64,000 nucleotides of DNA. Origin: Candidatus Latescibacterota bacterium (GTDB taxonomy: Bacteria; Latescibacterota; UBA2968). The position numbers and the translations under genes are program-made. Of the stretch, positions 1 through 8,822 are shown one piece after another. The stretch lies in contig OZ240241.1 of assembly GCA_965198115.1 (NCBI GenBank), positions 8,224,001 to 8,288,000 on the forward strand, written 5' to 3'. Positions within the stretch are counted from its first letter, which is position 1. Each line of letters starts with the position of its first letter. The notes under the pieces were generated by a model, which was given only the letters and a program-made list of their open reading frames with translations, made no database searches and was not told the DNA's origin.

Positions 1-1
1 T

Positions 2-493
2 ACCGATGCGCTGAACCTGGATCCGGCTTTCTCCGAAGCTCACAACGGGCTAGGCTGGCTCAACCTCCAGCGCGCGGGACAGGCCGACGAGGACCCACAA
101 GAGCGCGAACGGCTGACGGACGTCGCTCGTGCGAATTTCCAGAGGGCGGTCGCGGCCAATCCTGACAATGCCGATGCGTGGGCAGGGCTGACAGGTCTCG
201 AGCTGGCCCAGAACAACTGGGCGGCCGCCCGGGACGCCGGAAATCGAGTGCTCGCGCTTCAGCCAAGGTTCTTCTCGAATCACGACAATGTGGACTACCG
301 AGACATTCACCTGATGCTTGCCCAGGCCTACTTGAACCTGGGGGCGTTCATCGAGTCGTCGGCCTCTCTAGATCCCAACAACAGTCTCTTTCACATCGAC
401 TCCGTAGACCCTGGATACAAGAATACCTTCGAGACCTTGGGCCTCCAACCCTCCGACCTTATTCTCAAGATTGAGGAGCTGCAGCTACGATGA
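2..493 (+). CDS. TPR-repeat protein, 3' part (5' end outside window)
   Basis: Frame open from base 2: ALNLDPAFSEAHNGLGWL..., FQRAVAANPDNADAWAGL are TPR-like helices; in frame with track ORF 248..493; stop overlaps next ATG. Confidence 0.75.
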   Translation, partial: TDALNLDPAFSEAHNGLGWLNLQRAGQADEDPQERERLTDVARANFQRAVAANPDNADAWAGLTGLELAQNNWAAARDAGNRVLALQPRFFSNHDNVDYRDIHLMLAQAYLNLGAFIESSASLDPNNSLFHIDSVDPGYKNTFETLGLQPSDLILKIEELQLR

Positions 494-1881
494 AACGACT
501 CGCGATCGTCTTCGCTTTCGTGTTCGCCACGTCGGGACGAGCCGATGCCCAGTCCGTTCTCGCCGAGCAAGTGCCACCGCCGTTCCCCGTACCCGCGGGA
601 GAGGGGCTGTTCAGAGTGGCATCGGCTGAACCGCTCGGCAGGGGTGGCTTCAACATCCGAATGCTCAGCGAAGCCTATCAGATTACGGTCGACGAAGTTG
701 GAGAAGGCACATCCGTGACCGGCCAGTTTGCCGCCGGGATCGGTCTGACGAACAATCTCGATTTCACGATGTCCATACCCGTGATGTTCGACATCGCGGG
801 AGGTCTGACGAAGTACGGATCGGGTGATCTCATTACGTCGATCAAGCTCGGCTTTCCTGGTCGGTTTCCTGCTGCGTTCTACAGCGGCTTCGAGCTGGCT
901 GTCGCCCATCCCTTTGGGTTCAAGGGAAGCCAGCCACTCAACATACGATCCTTCAGCCGCCAGGACCGTGAAATGGCTGCCCGCCTGATGTTCGACATCA
1001 ACCGCGAAACGATCGGTCTGCGTCTCAACCTCGGCTATCTGGCCCAATCGGGGATCCGAAGCACGGGGCTGACGTTCGGAGGAGGCGTGGAAGTCGGACG
1101 CGGGCAGATTTTCACCGTGACGGCAGAATACTCGACCGAACCGAATCTGATCGGTGGTTCGACCAACCGAGCCGTGTTCGGTGCCCACATGAATCTCTGG
1201 TGGATCCAGCTGCAGGCGGGTATTGAACAAGGGTTCAGTAACGATCTACCTGATTTCTCGGCGATCGCCGGTGTGCGTGTCCATACAAGCTTTGGGCGAA
1301 AGAACCGGAAAGCCTTCGGCGGACGCGTTCGACGGGTTCCGGTACAGAAGAACATCGACACGGCCATCAGCGTCGCGGTCGTGAACTTGCAGGGGTTCGA
1401 GCACGAAGGTGCAGGCCTCGAGATCGCCAACCGCATCAAGACGGCCCTGACTCGACACGGTCACATTCGGCTGGTCGACGTCGGGGAGGGCACGGCTTTT
1501 CTGGATCCCGATGCAGCAATTCAGCTGGCTGAGCAGTCGAGTGTGGACATCGTGATCACAGGACGCGTGCAGAGGTACGAGCTGGCGCGCGACTCCCGCC
1601 CGAACCTGCCCCTTGTCGTCGGGTTTCCCGAAACACAGGCCGAGGTCCATACAGACGTTCGAATCGTCGACACACGAGAAGATGGAGAAGTCCTCTCGGC
1701 CCAGCTGTCGGGCACGGGAAGGAAGAATCACGGAGTCCGACTTTTCCCGATCAGTCAGGATGACCAAAAGAGTTATCTTAGCGTGGTGGAACGCAGCCGC
1801 GTTTGGGATCAGGCCATCGATCAGATGGTGTCCGGTCTGCTGAGAGAGATGGTGAATAATTTCGACTGGTTCCCTGGATAA
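490..1881 (+). CDS. Secreted/outer-membrane protein: N-terminal beta-barrel-like region plus C-terminal CsgG/TolB-N/FlgO-like alpha/beta domain
   Basis: 463 aa, signal peptide MKRLAIVFAFVFATSGRADA, alternating beta-strand pattern, then AISVAVVNLQGFE...DIVITGRVQRY...DVRIVD typical of the CsgG/TolB-N fold. Confidence 0.6.
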   Translation: MKRLAIVFAFVFATSGRADAQSVLAEQVPPPFPVPAGEGLFRVASAEPLGRGGFNIRMLSEAYQITVDEVGEGTSVTGQFAAGIGLTNNLDFTMSIPVMFDIAGGLTKYGSGDLITSIKLGFPGRFPAAFYSGFELAVAHPFGFKGSQPLNIRSFSRQDREMAARLMFDINRETIGLRLNLGYLAQSGIRSTGLTFGGGVEVGRGQIFTVTAEYSTEPNLIGGSTNRAVFGAHMNLWWIQLQAGIEQGFSNDLPDFSAIAGVRVHTSFGRKNRKAFGGRVRRVPVQKNIDTAISVAVVNLQGFEHEGAGLEIANRIKTALTRHGHIRLVDVGEGTAFLDPDAAIQLAEQSSVDIVITGRVQRYELARDSRPNLPLVVGFPETQAEVHTDVRIVDTREDGEVLSAQLSGTGRKNHGVRLFPISQDDQKSYLSVVERSRVWDQAIDQMVSGLLREMVNNFDWFPG

Positions 1882-2001
1882 CTAAACCTTGGTAAGCCCC
1901 CGGCTCTGCCGGGGAGACTCCCAGAGTTTGACAGTTCCAGAAATATGTAAGAGCCTCCCTTGCCGTGGACCGCTCAAAGCACACGGAAGGAAGGCTCTCT
2001 A

Positions 2002-2405
2002 ATGAACAACGTAAGGAGTCTACGTCACACGGTATGGGAGTGCAAGTATGACGTTGTTTGGGTTCGGAAGTATCGTAGAAAAGTGTTGTATGGTGAAATT
2101 CGTCGCTATCTGGGCGAGGTGATTCGGGATCTGGCCGCACAGAAGGAATGCCGTGTGGAAGAGGGTCACCTGCGATCCGATCATGTGCACACGTTGATTT
2201 CGATCCCGCCGAAGCACTCAGTAGCTCAGACGGTAGGGTTCATCAAAGGAAAGAGTGCGATTCACATTGCTCGGAACTATCTGGGACGCAGGTCGAACTT
2301 CACCGGGCAGCATTTCTGGGCAAGAGGCTACTGGGTCTCCACCGTTGGCAAGGATGAACAGACGGTTCGGGAGTATATCCAGAACCAGGAGCGGGAGGAC
2401 CGGCG
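2002..2405 (+). pseudogene. tnpA: IS200 HUH (Y1) transposase, main part, interrupted near C-terminus
   Basis: HTVWECKYDVVW.RKYRRKVL, HUH motif DHVH, FWARGY, YIQNQ catalytic Tyr; tail LDQLNIFR* resumes at 5124-5150. Confidence 0.9.
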
Positions 2406-2440
2406 GGTGTGTCCAGAGATTTGTGTAACTGGTGACACGA

Positions 2441-2791
2441 TTACTTTAACGGGACACGATCTTCGAACATGATGGCGAACCGGTTGATGGCCCCATTCCA
2501 ATCGTTCAGTGGCCGGGTCCATCGTTTGGAGATGTTTCGGATCGCCAGATACAGGAGTTTGATGGCGGCCTGATCATTCGGGAACGCGCCTCTGTTCTTC
2601 GTGACTTTCCGGAGCGATGCGTTCATTGACTCGATGGCGTTCGTCGTGTAGATCACCTTCCGGATCTCTGGTGGGTAGGCGAAGAATGGGGTGATGTGCT
2701 CCCAGTGTTCACGCCAGGACCGACCGATCATCGAGTAGGTGTTGTCCCACTTCACAGAGAACTTCTCCAGTTGGTTCTCGGCCTTACGAAG
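2441..2791 (-). pseudogene. IS256 transposase, C-terminal part
   Basis: LRKAENQLEKF..., IRKVIYTTNAIESMN, RGAFPNDQAAIKLLYL; continues the 4180..5060 fragment. Confidence 0.9.
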
Positions 2792-4179
2792 GGTCAAGTC
2801 CCATAGTCAGTTGAAAACTCATCGGGCCCCGTAGTTTGGTCAGGCTCTCTTTTGAGCATTCTGTTCGTTGTCGAGATTCAGATCTTTGTTCAGTGCTTGC
2901 CTGAGTAGGGGAAGATGTTTGTATCCGCTCACGCGTCGCAGGCGAGGTTCGATGTCGAGGAGTGCGGCAGCCACCCATCTGTGTCTCTGGGGAGAGTTGT
3001 TCCAGCGTCTGACCTTCCGAGTGAGCTCGCCGGTCCTGCTGTTGAGGGCTTCGATGCAGTTGGTGGTTCGGAAGCTTCGTTTCAGGAATGGGAGCATACC
3101 CAGCCGGTGGAGGGTCAGGGTTTCCTCCAGGCCTTCCTCGAGGCTCGTTACGGCAGACTGATTCATCAGCTTCAGTTCGGGTTTAAGTGATTCGAGTGCG
3201 GCTTTTGCCTCCTCGTAGGTGTCGCAGTCATAGGCTTTCTGGAGCTTCCGTCGAACTCTTGGACGTTCCCTCTCCGGGAGATAGCTGACGACATTCTCGC
3301 GCTTGTGCCACTGACAGCGATGCACGCGCACATACCCTTTGAGGGCTTTGGTGACAGCACTGCGGAGTCCCTTTGAGCCGTCAAGCACAACGAGAAGGCC
3401 CTGGTCGTAGCACAGGCCTCTCCAGATGAGGTCCTGGATCAGCTGGCGGCAGATCCGTTCGTTCTCCGTCGCCGATTCGACGAAGCCCAGGGGGATCTTC
3501 TGGCCGTCCATCGTGACCCCCGGAGCGATCACGATCTCTTCGTCGGCAAAGCTCTTTCCGTCAATGAACAGGGTCACGAAGCCGTAGTCGTCGAGGGGAC
3601 GCTCCTGGAACTGCTTCAGCTTCTTCGCGGTGGCTTTGATGAACCGCCGCGAGACGGAGGACGCTGAGATACCAAACGCTTCTGGAACCGATTCGGCACA
3701 GGCCTTGTAGTTGCGGCACGAGATCCCCTTGAGAACACGAAGCAACAGCCCCTCGTCCGTCTTCTTGGGCGTCTGTAGAGCCCGGTATGCAGCCAGGGAA
3801 ACCTCTGCGTCGGCCTCGACGTCGCGCACCCGGGGAACGTCTAACGGGAGCTTCTGGTCCATCAGATACACGGATCCCTTCTGGCTTCCCCACCGACGAT
3901 GCGCCTGCTCCGAACCTTTGCGCGCATACCGAACGCCTGCGAGCTGCTCGACCTCCTGCTGGAGGAGGTCTGCCACTGCCTCCAGACCCAACGGGATCAA
4001 CGCCTGGATCACCGACAAACGCGTCTCCAAATCGATGACATCGCCCTCAACCTTGACTTCACCATCGCCTACAAATAGCTTCTCCATCTGGGCTCCTTTC
4101 TTACGGGTATACGCTCCTACACGTCTACCCAACGTAAGTTTGGAGCCCTCTAAGTTTCAACTACGATAGGCACAACACC
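2792..4179 (-). mobile_element. IS256-family element (inner) with 8-bp target duplication
   Basis: TSD TTACGAAG at 2784-2791 and 4180-4187; imperfect IRs GGTcaaGTcCcat..AGTTGAAA / GGTgttGTgCcta..AGTTGAAA. Confidence 0.92.
2840..4087 (-). CDS. IS256-family (Mutator-like DDE) transposase, apparently intact
   Basis: LFIDG, VVLDGSKGL, HRCQWHKRENV, RTTNCIEALN motifs; probable ATG at MEKLFV. Confidence 0.9.
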   Translation of the reverse strand: MEKLFVGDGEVKVEGDVIDLETRLSVIQALIPLGLEAVADLLQQEVEQLAGVRYARKGSEQAHRRWGSQKGSVYLMDQKLPLDVPRVRDVEADAEVSLAAYRALQTPKKTDEGLLLRVLKGISCRNYKACAESVPEAFGISASSVSRRFIKATAKKLKQFQERPLDDYGFVTLFIDGKSFADEEIVIAPGVTMDGQKIPLGFVESATENERICRQLIQDLIWRGLCYDQGLLVVLDGSKGLRSAVTKALKGYVRVHRCQWHKRENVVSYLPERERPRVRRKLQKAYDCDTYEEAKAALESLKPELKLMNQSAVTSLEEGLEETLTLHRLGMLPFLKRSFRTTNCIEALNSRTGELTRKVRRWNNSPQRHRWVAAALLDIEPRLRRVSGYKHLPLLRQALNKDLNLDNEQNAQKRA

Positions 4180-5060
4180 TTACGAAGTGTGGCGGACTGG
4201 TAGATCGCTTTGAGGTCTCGGGCGACTTCTTTGCGGTTCTTCCAGGAGACGTAGTTCAAGCTGTTCCGCACCATATGGACGATGCACAGTTGAACATCTG
4301 TCCTCGGGAAGACGGCTTCAATCGCTTCAGGGAAGCCGTTGAGCCCATCTACACAGGCCAGGAAGATATCGTTGACGCCACGGTTCTGGAGCTCGGTCAG
4401 GACCGACATCCAGAACTTCGCGCCTTCGTTCTGAGCCGTCCAAAGGCCTAAGAGCTCTTTGTTTCCTGATAGATTAACGCCCAACGCAAGGTAGACGGCC
4501 TTGTTCGTGACGCTTCCATCGTCTCGAATCTTGACGCGGATCGCGTCCAGATAGACGATCGGATAGATGGTGTCCAGAGGTCTGGACTGCCAGGCCTTGA
4601 CCTCCTCGATGACATCATCAGTCACACTGGAGAGCAGCGAGGGAGAGACATCGACCCCGTAGAGCTCCTTCAGGTGCTCCTGAATCGCTCGAGTCGTCAT
4701 CCCACGGGAATACAGCGAGATGATCGTGTCATCAAACCTGTCGAACCGTCTCTGGCGCTTTCTGACGATCTGGGGCTCGAACTCACCATTGCGGTCCCGA
4801 GGCACTTCGATCGGGATCGCACCACGGTCGGTCTTCAGTGTCTTCGGAGTCTTGCCGTTGCGGGAGTTACCACTGTTCTTACCGTCAGAATCGTGCTTCT
4901 CGTAGCCCAGGTGGTCGGTTATCTCGCTTTCGAGCATCCGCTCCACCAGCCCGGCAGTCAGTTGCTTCAGCAGACCTTTCTCGCCCAGTAGGTCATCGGG
5001 ACCGTCACAGTTCTTGATCAGCTCATCGAGGAGACGATCGACTTCAGCATTCCTGGCCAT
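4180..5060 (-). pseudogene. IS256 transposase, N-terminal part
   Basis: NSRNGKTPKTLKT, EVPRDRNGEFEPQIV, YPIVYLDAI, CVDGL.GF, QLCIVHMVRNS; ends at YQSATLRK insertion point. Confidence 0.9.
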
Positions 5061-5122
5061 AGAACCTCCTGTTTCTTCACTATAGGATTCTATCACCAGT
5101 TACACGGTTAATCTTACACACT

Positions 5123-5150
5123 CCTCGACCAGCTCAACATTTTCAGGTAA
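5123..5150 (+). pseudogene. tnpA: Detached C-terminal tail of IS200 TnpA (LDQLNIFR*)
   Basis: Directly after the outer IS256 end; joins QEREDRR to LDQLNIFR, the usual TnpA C-terminus. Confidence 0.8.
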
Positions 5151-5238
5151 TCGCCACCTTTAGGTGGCGCTTGGTTTCCAACCGCTTTGAGCGGTTCACA
5201 GTTTTCAAGCCTCCGGCTTTGCCGGAGGTCATGACTGA

Positions 5239-7338
5239 ATGCACCAAAAGGGTCCGTTGACCATCTGGGGGACGTGGTTGGGCGCTCTCGCCCTGACCGT
5301 CGTCCCCCTCGCACATGTAGACGGCATTAACCGGTTTACGCTGCTGCCGCAGGTGGGTGTATTGCTGTCGCTGACCCTCTGTGGCGTGAGCGTGTGGCTG
5401 TGGAAGGCCAGAGGCATCCCGTCGCATCCTGCGGCGACCGGCGTCCAGATCTTCCTGGGCGTCCAGGTGGTCGCAGCCCTGTTGTCCGCCAAGCCGGCTC
5501 TCGCGCTGCTTCCTCTGTCGACCGAAGTCGGGTATATCCTCCTCTTCCTTTTTCTTCTGGCGAGTCTCAAGCCGGCCTCCTGCGAAACGATCGCCCGGGC
5601 GGCTGCCGTCGGGGCCGTTGTCGTCTCTGCAATCGGGCTCGTGCAGACCGTGGGAGGATTTTCATCTATCCCCAGTTCCGCCCAGCCGAGTGCGACCCTG
5701 GGACATCGGAACCTGGCGGCCGCCTACGTGGTGGCCGTGACGCCCTACCTCGTGTGGGAGGCGTTCCGAAGCCCGGACCGGCGCGGTCGCCTACTGTGGT
5801 GGCTGGGCGTCGGTGTTTCGATCGCTTTTGTCGTCGCCACGCGGTCCCGAGCGGCGTGGTTGGGTGGCGCAGTAGCCGCGGCCGTGGCTCTGTTCGCCCT
5901 CGCGAGGGGCCGAATAGCCTCTCCTTCCGTGCGGAAATACGGGGTAGGAATGGCGGTGGCCGCGGTGGTCGTCCTGGTGAGCGCCGTCCGGCCCTCCGGG
6001 CCCACGCGGGGAGAGGCCATGTGGCACGAGAAGAGGACCGTCCTGAATGCCGCCCGGTCGGTCGTGGACGATGGGGGTGACAAGGGGCGACTTCGTCTGG
6101 GGCATCGAACGCTGGAGATGATCGCAAATCAGCCGATTATTGGAGTAGGGCCCGGACACTGGCGAATCGTCTATCCTGCGGTCGCCCGGGGCGACATGAT
6201 CGACTCCCAAGCGGCTCCGATTCGCCCCCACAACGATCTGCTGTGGATCTGGGCGGAGTCGGGTAGCCTGGCGATCGCCACGTTCCTTATCGTCGTCTGC
6301 TGGGTGGTTCGAGACGGCTGGCTGGCCGTCGGAAACGTTCCCGTCACTCTCGCGGTCCTCTGCAGCGTGTGCGCCACGATCGTGAGCGGTTTGTTCGGGT
6401 TCAGTCGTGAGTTTCCGGCTACGTGGCTCCCGCTATGGGTCGGGCTGGCGATGCTCCTGTCGACGGCGGGCAATGTCGAGATCAACCAGCGCCGTTTGCA
6501 AGCGGCGTGGTTATCCGTGTTCGTTCTGCTGGCAGGCTCGGGCCTTGTAGTCGTCGCACAGAGTATCCGATTCGACCGGCACCATCTCCAGGCCCGTCTG
6601 GCGGCAGCTCAAGATGATTGGAAGACCGTCGAGCGTGAGGCAACGGCCGCTTTGGCTGTGGGTGCTCTTAACGAAGAGCCGCTCCTCCTTCGTGGGCGGG
6701 CCCTGGAAGCGATGGGCAGACCCCACGAAGCGCTGCGCGACTACGGCGAAGGCCTGGCGTGGGCGCCCAACGACATTGGATTCTGGATCGGTTTCGGCAA
6801 CGGGCTAAGGGCTCGGGGCGATCGGGAGGGGGCCTTCGAGGCCTACCGAACAGCCTCCGCGATCGACCCGTTCGACAGCCGGATCCACAATAATTTAGGA
6901 ACGATGCACGCGGCGTCCGGTCGCCTCGATTCGGCCACGGTATGGCTCGAGAAGGCGGCCACGAGCAAGTCGAAGACGACCGATGTTTACGCGAATCTGA
7001 GTGTGGTGTATCGCCGGACCGGAAACGTCGAACAGGCATTGGATGTGGCAGAAGCCGGGCTTGGACGAGACAGCACGCACGCAGGTCTGTGGAATGCGCT
7101 CGGGAGTGCGGCAGCAGAGGCTGGGGACGGAGACCGGGCACTGATGGCCTTCAGGCAGGCGCTGGCCCTCGATTCGACGCTGGCTCAGCCCCGCTTCAAT
7201 CTCGCGAGAGTCCACGAGTCGGCGGGATCGATCGATTCGGCGGTGGCTGCCTATCGAACCGTCCTGCTCCACGCTCCGGATCCGAACGATCCACGGCTCG
7301 AGTTCGTCCGTCAAAAACTGAAGACGCTGGCGCCCTGA
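5239..7338 (+). CDS. O-antigen ligase (Wzy_C)-like membrane protein with C-terminal TPR repeats (paralog 1)
   Basis: Multi-TM N-half with PSATLGHRN, TRSRAAWLG, GVGPGHW, RPHNDLLW; about 7 TPR-like repeats after residue ~450. Confidence 0.85.
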   Translation: MHQKGPLTIWGTWLGALALTVVPLAHVDGINRFTLLPQVGVLLSLTLCGVSVWLWKARGIPSHPAATGVQIFLGVQVVAALLSAKPALALLPLSTEVGYILLFLFLLASLKPASCETIARAAAVGAVVVSAIGLVQTVGGFSSIPSSAQPSATLGHRNLAAAYVVAVTPYLVWEAFRSPDRRGRLLWWLGVGVSIAFVVATRSRAAWLGGAVAAAVALFALARGRIASPSVRKYGVGMAVAAVVVLVSAVRPSGPTRGEAMWHEKRTVLNAARSVVDDGGDKGRLRLGHRTLEMIANQPIIGVGPGHWRIVYPAVARGDMIDSQAAPIRPHNDLLWIWAESGSLAIATFLIVVCWVVRDGWLAVGNVPVTLAVLCSVCATIVSGLFGFSREFPATWLPLWVGLAMLLSTAGNVEINQRRLQAAWLSVFVLLAGSGLVVVAQSIRFDRHHLQARLAAAQDDWKTVEREATAALAVGALNEEPLLLRGRALEAMGRPHEALRDYGEGLAWAPNDIGFWIGFGNGLRARGDREGAFEAYRTASAIDPFDSRIHNNLGTMHAASGRLDSATVWLEKAATSKSKTTDVYANLSVVYRRTGNVEQALDVAEAGLGRDSTHAGLWNALGSAAAEAGDGDRALMAFRQALALDSTLAQPRFNLARVHESAGSIDSAVAAYRTVLLHAPDPNDPRLEFVRQKLKTLAP

Positions 7339-7350
7339 CTGGGCTTTTCA

Positions 7351-7380
7351 TTGACGCAGGTTCCGCATCTTGACTATAAT
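7351..7380 (+). promoter_or_regulatory. Putative sigma70 promoter
   Basis: TTGACG-N18-TATAAT; overlaps the TTG chosen as start of ORF 7370, so that start is uncertain. Confidence 0.45.
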
Positions 7381-8260
7381 TCAATCACTTACCACGATCT
7401 TTCTCGGTTGCAGGCCCGTACTGCCCATCGCGCTGACCCTCGTGGTGATGGGGTGCGAGGCCAAACCGTTTAACGTGGTCGCCCCAGCTTTCGAACGGCG
7501 GGAAGGAAGCGCCCTGGTTTCGGCCACCGTGCCGCCGTTCTCTCGCGGGTTGATCCAGCGCGCCGAAGTCCGAGTCACTCCGGCCGACACGGCGCGAATG
7601 CGGACGATCACGCGGAACATGAATTTTCCGAATCCGGGTGGCAACCTGTCGGTCGGCCAGGTGACGGGCATCCTGATCGGGCTCCGCCGGTTTACGGTTC
7701 GTGCGTTCGACACCGTTGGGACCCTGCGGTTTTCGGGTTTCTCCGATTCGACGGTTTCCTTCAACCAGACGCAACTGGTGCAGGTCAACCTGGGGCCCAT
7801 CGGGGGCACGGTACGTTTCCAGACGATTCTGAACCCGGGGGCCATAGACTTCACGGTGATCGACTCTGCGGGGATCGCCGCTTTACCGTCGACGTCGGTG
7901 CTGGATGTGCTCGAACTGGTCGACGAGCCGCATCATCCGAGTTTCGCCGTTCTCCCGGTTTTCTCGGTCGCCCTCGGCGAGCGGTTTACCCTGGATGGCG
8001 AGCAGCGGTTTACGAAAACGATCACGGCCAGCACGATTCCGACTGGCGTGCGTCGATTCGTCGCCCATCTGAAGGATCTTTCGAGTAACCAGACACTCGC
8101 CTTCGCCGACACGATCTCGGTGGAAATCGTCGCCTCGACGACGGCGAGTGCCGAGTTCAACTTGAATCTCGTCGAAGACACGCAGACCGTGATCGAGATC
8201 TTCACGAAGCAAACCCTGCCTCCCGACAGCACGATCGTGGTCGTTAGTCCCCAGTTTTAG
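7370..8260 (+). CDS. Hypothetical beta-rich lipoprotein
   Basis: 296 aa ORF; hydrophobic stretch ending VVMG-C (lipobox-like); two similar GxRRF motifs suggest tandem beta-sandwich domains. Confidence 0.6.
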   Translation: MTIIQSLTTIFLGCRPVLPIALTLVVMGCEAKPFNVVAPAFERREGSALVSATVPPFSRGLIQRAEVRVTPADTARMRTITRNMNFPNPGGNLSVGQVTGILIGLRRFTVRAFDTVGTLRFSGFSDSTVSFNQTQLVQVNLGPIGGTVRFQTILNPGAIDFTVIDSAGIAALPSTSVLDVLELVDEPHHPSFAVLPVFSVALGERFTLDGEQRFTKTITASTIPTGVRRFVAHLKDLSSNQTLAFADTISVEIVASTTASAEFNLNLVEDTQTVIEIFTKQTLPPDSTIVVVSPQF

Positions 8261-8306
8261 GCTGTCCCCGGCCGTCACAAGCCCGCTCCCCGAATCGGAA
8301 GGTGCG

Positions 8307-8822
8307 ATGGATGCGTCACGTGGATCCGGCGGTGGCTCCTCTCTTTCCTCTCAACTCTCTCTGACATTCGAACGCAGCGAGTCGGCTGTTTCACCTTTGT
8401 CACGCGCTCGGTGCTCCCACTGCGGCCGGCCCATTGACGTTCCTGCGTGGCTGGCGAGCGAGGGGCTCAAACTGCACTTCTGCGACGATCGATGCCGCAC
8501 GCGGTGGAAGCAGTCTTCGGGCGACGATGTCGATCTGCGTGGGCGCGATGCGTTCCGTGGTGGAGACTGGGCGAGGCAGGCGGCCCGGGCGCGTCGGCGA
8601 GACGGCTATCGCTGTCGCCAATGCGGTGTGAGTGAAGAAAAGCTCGGGCGTCAGCTGGATGTGCACCACGTCGTCCCCTTCCGCCTCTTTCCATCGTCCA
8701 GGGAGGCCAATCGCCTGACGAACCTGACGTCGTTGTGCCCGTCGTGTCATAAATCGCGTGAGTTGGACGGCCATTCCCGTTACCCGCTGTTCGGCAACGG
8801 GGAATCGTGCCGGCCCTGGTAG
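8307..8822 (+). CDS. HNH endonuclease with N-terminal zinc-binding (TRASH/YHS-like) motif
   Basis: CSHCG...HFCDDRC; RRRDGYRCRQCG...LDVHHVVPF...NL..LCPSCH; RBS GGAAGG upstream. Confidence 0.85.
   Translation: MDASRGSGGGSSLSSQLSLTFERSESAVSPLSRARCSHCGRPIDVPAWLASEGLKLHFCDDRCRTRWKQSSGDDVDLRGRDAFRGGDWARQAARARRRDGYRCRQCGVSEEKLGRQLDVHHVVPFRLFPSSREANRLTNLTSLCPSCHKSRELDGHSRYPLFGNGESCRPW

Larger units (their letters stand above)
2405..5123 (-). mobile_element. IS256-family element (outer), transposase split by a second IS256
   Basis: Imperfect terminal IRs GGGTGTGTccagagattTGTGTAACTGGTGA vs revcomp GAGTGTGTaagattaacCGTGTAACTGGTGA; transposase halves 4161..5096 and 2441..2797. Confidence 0.9.
1884..5236 (+). 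mobile_element. IS200/IS605-family (tnpA-only, IS200-like) element interrupted by nested IS256 elements
   Basis: Subterminal hairpins CCCCGGC-TCT-GCCGGGG (1898-1914) and CCTCCGGC-TTT-GCCGGAGG (5210-5228), both preceded by AAGC; tnpA split by insertion; exact ends inferred from AACT (1880-1883) and GACT (5233-5236). Confidence 0.8.

Noticed and set aside
1884-5236. TnpB/omega-RNA system in the IS200/IS605 element
   Set aside because: Only about 85 nt lie between the tnpA stop and the right end; no tnpB or iscB ORF.
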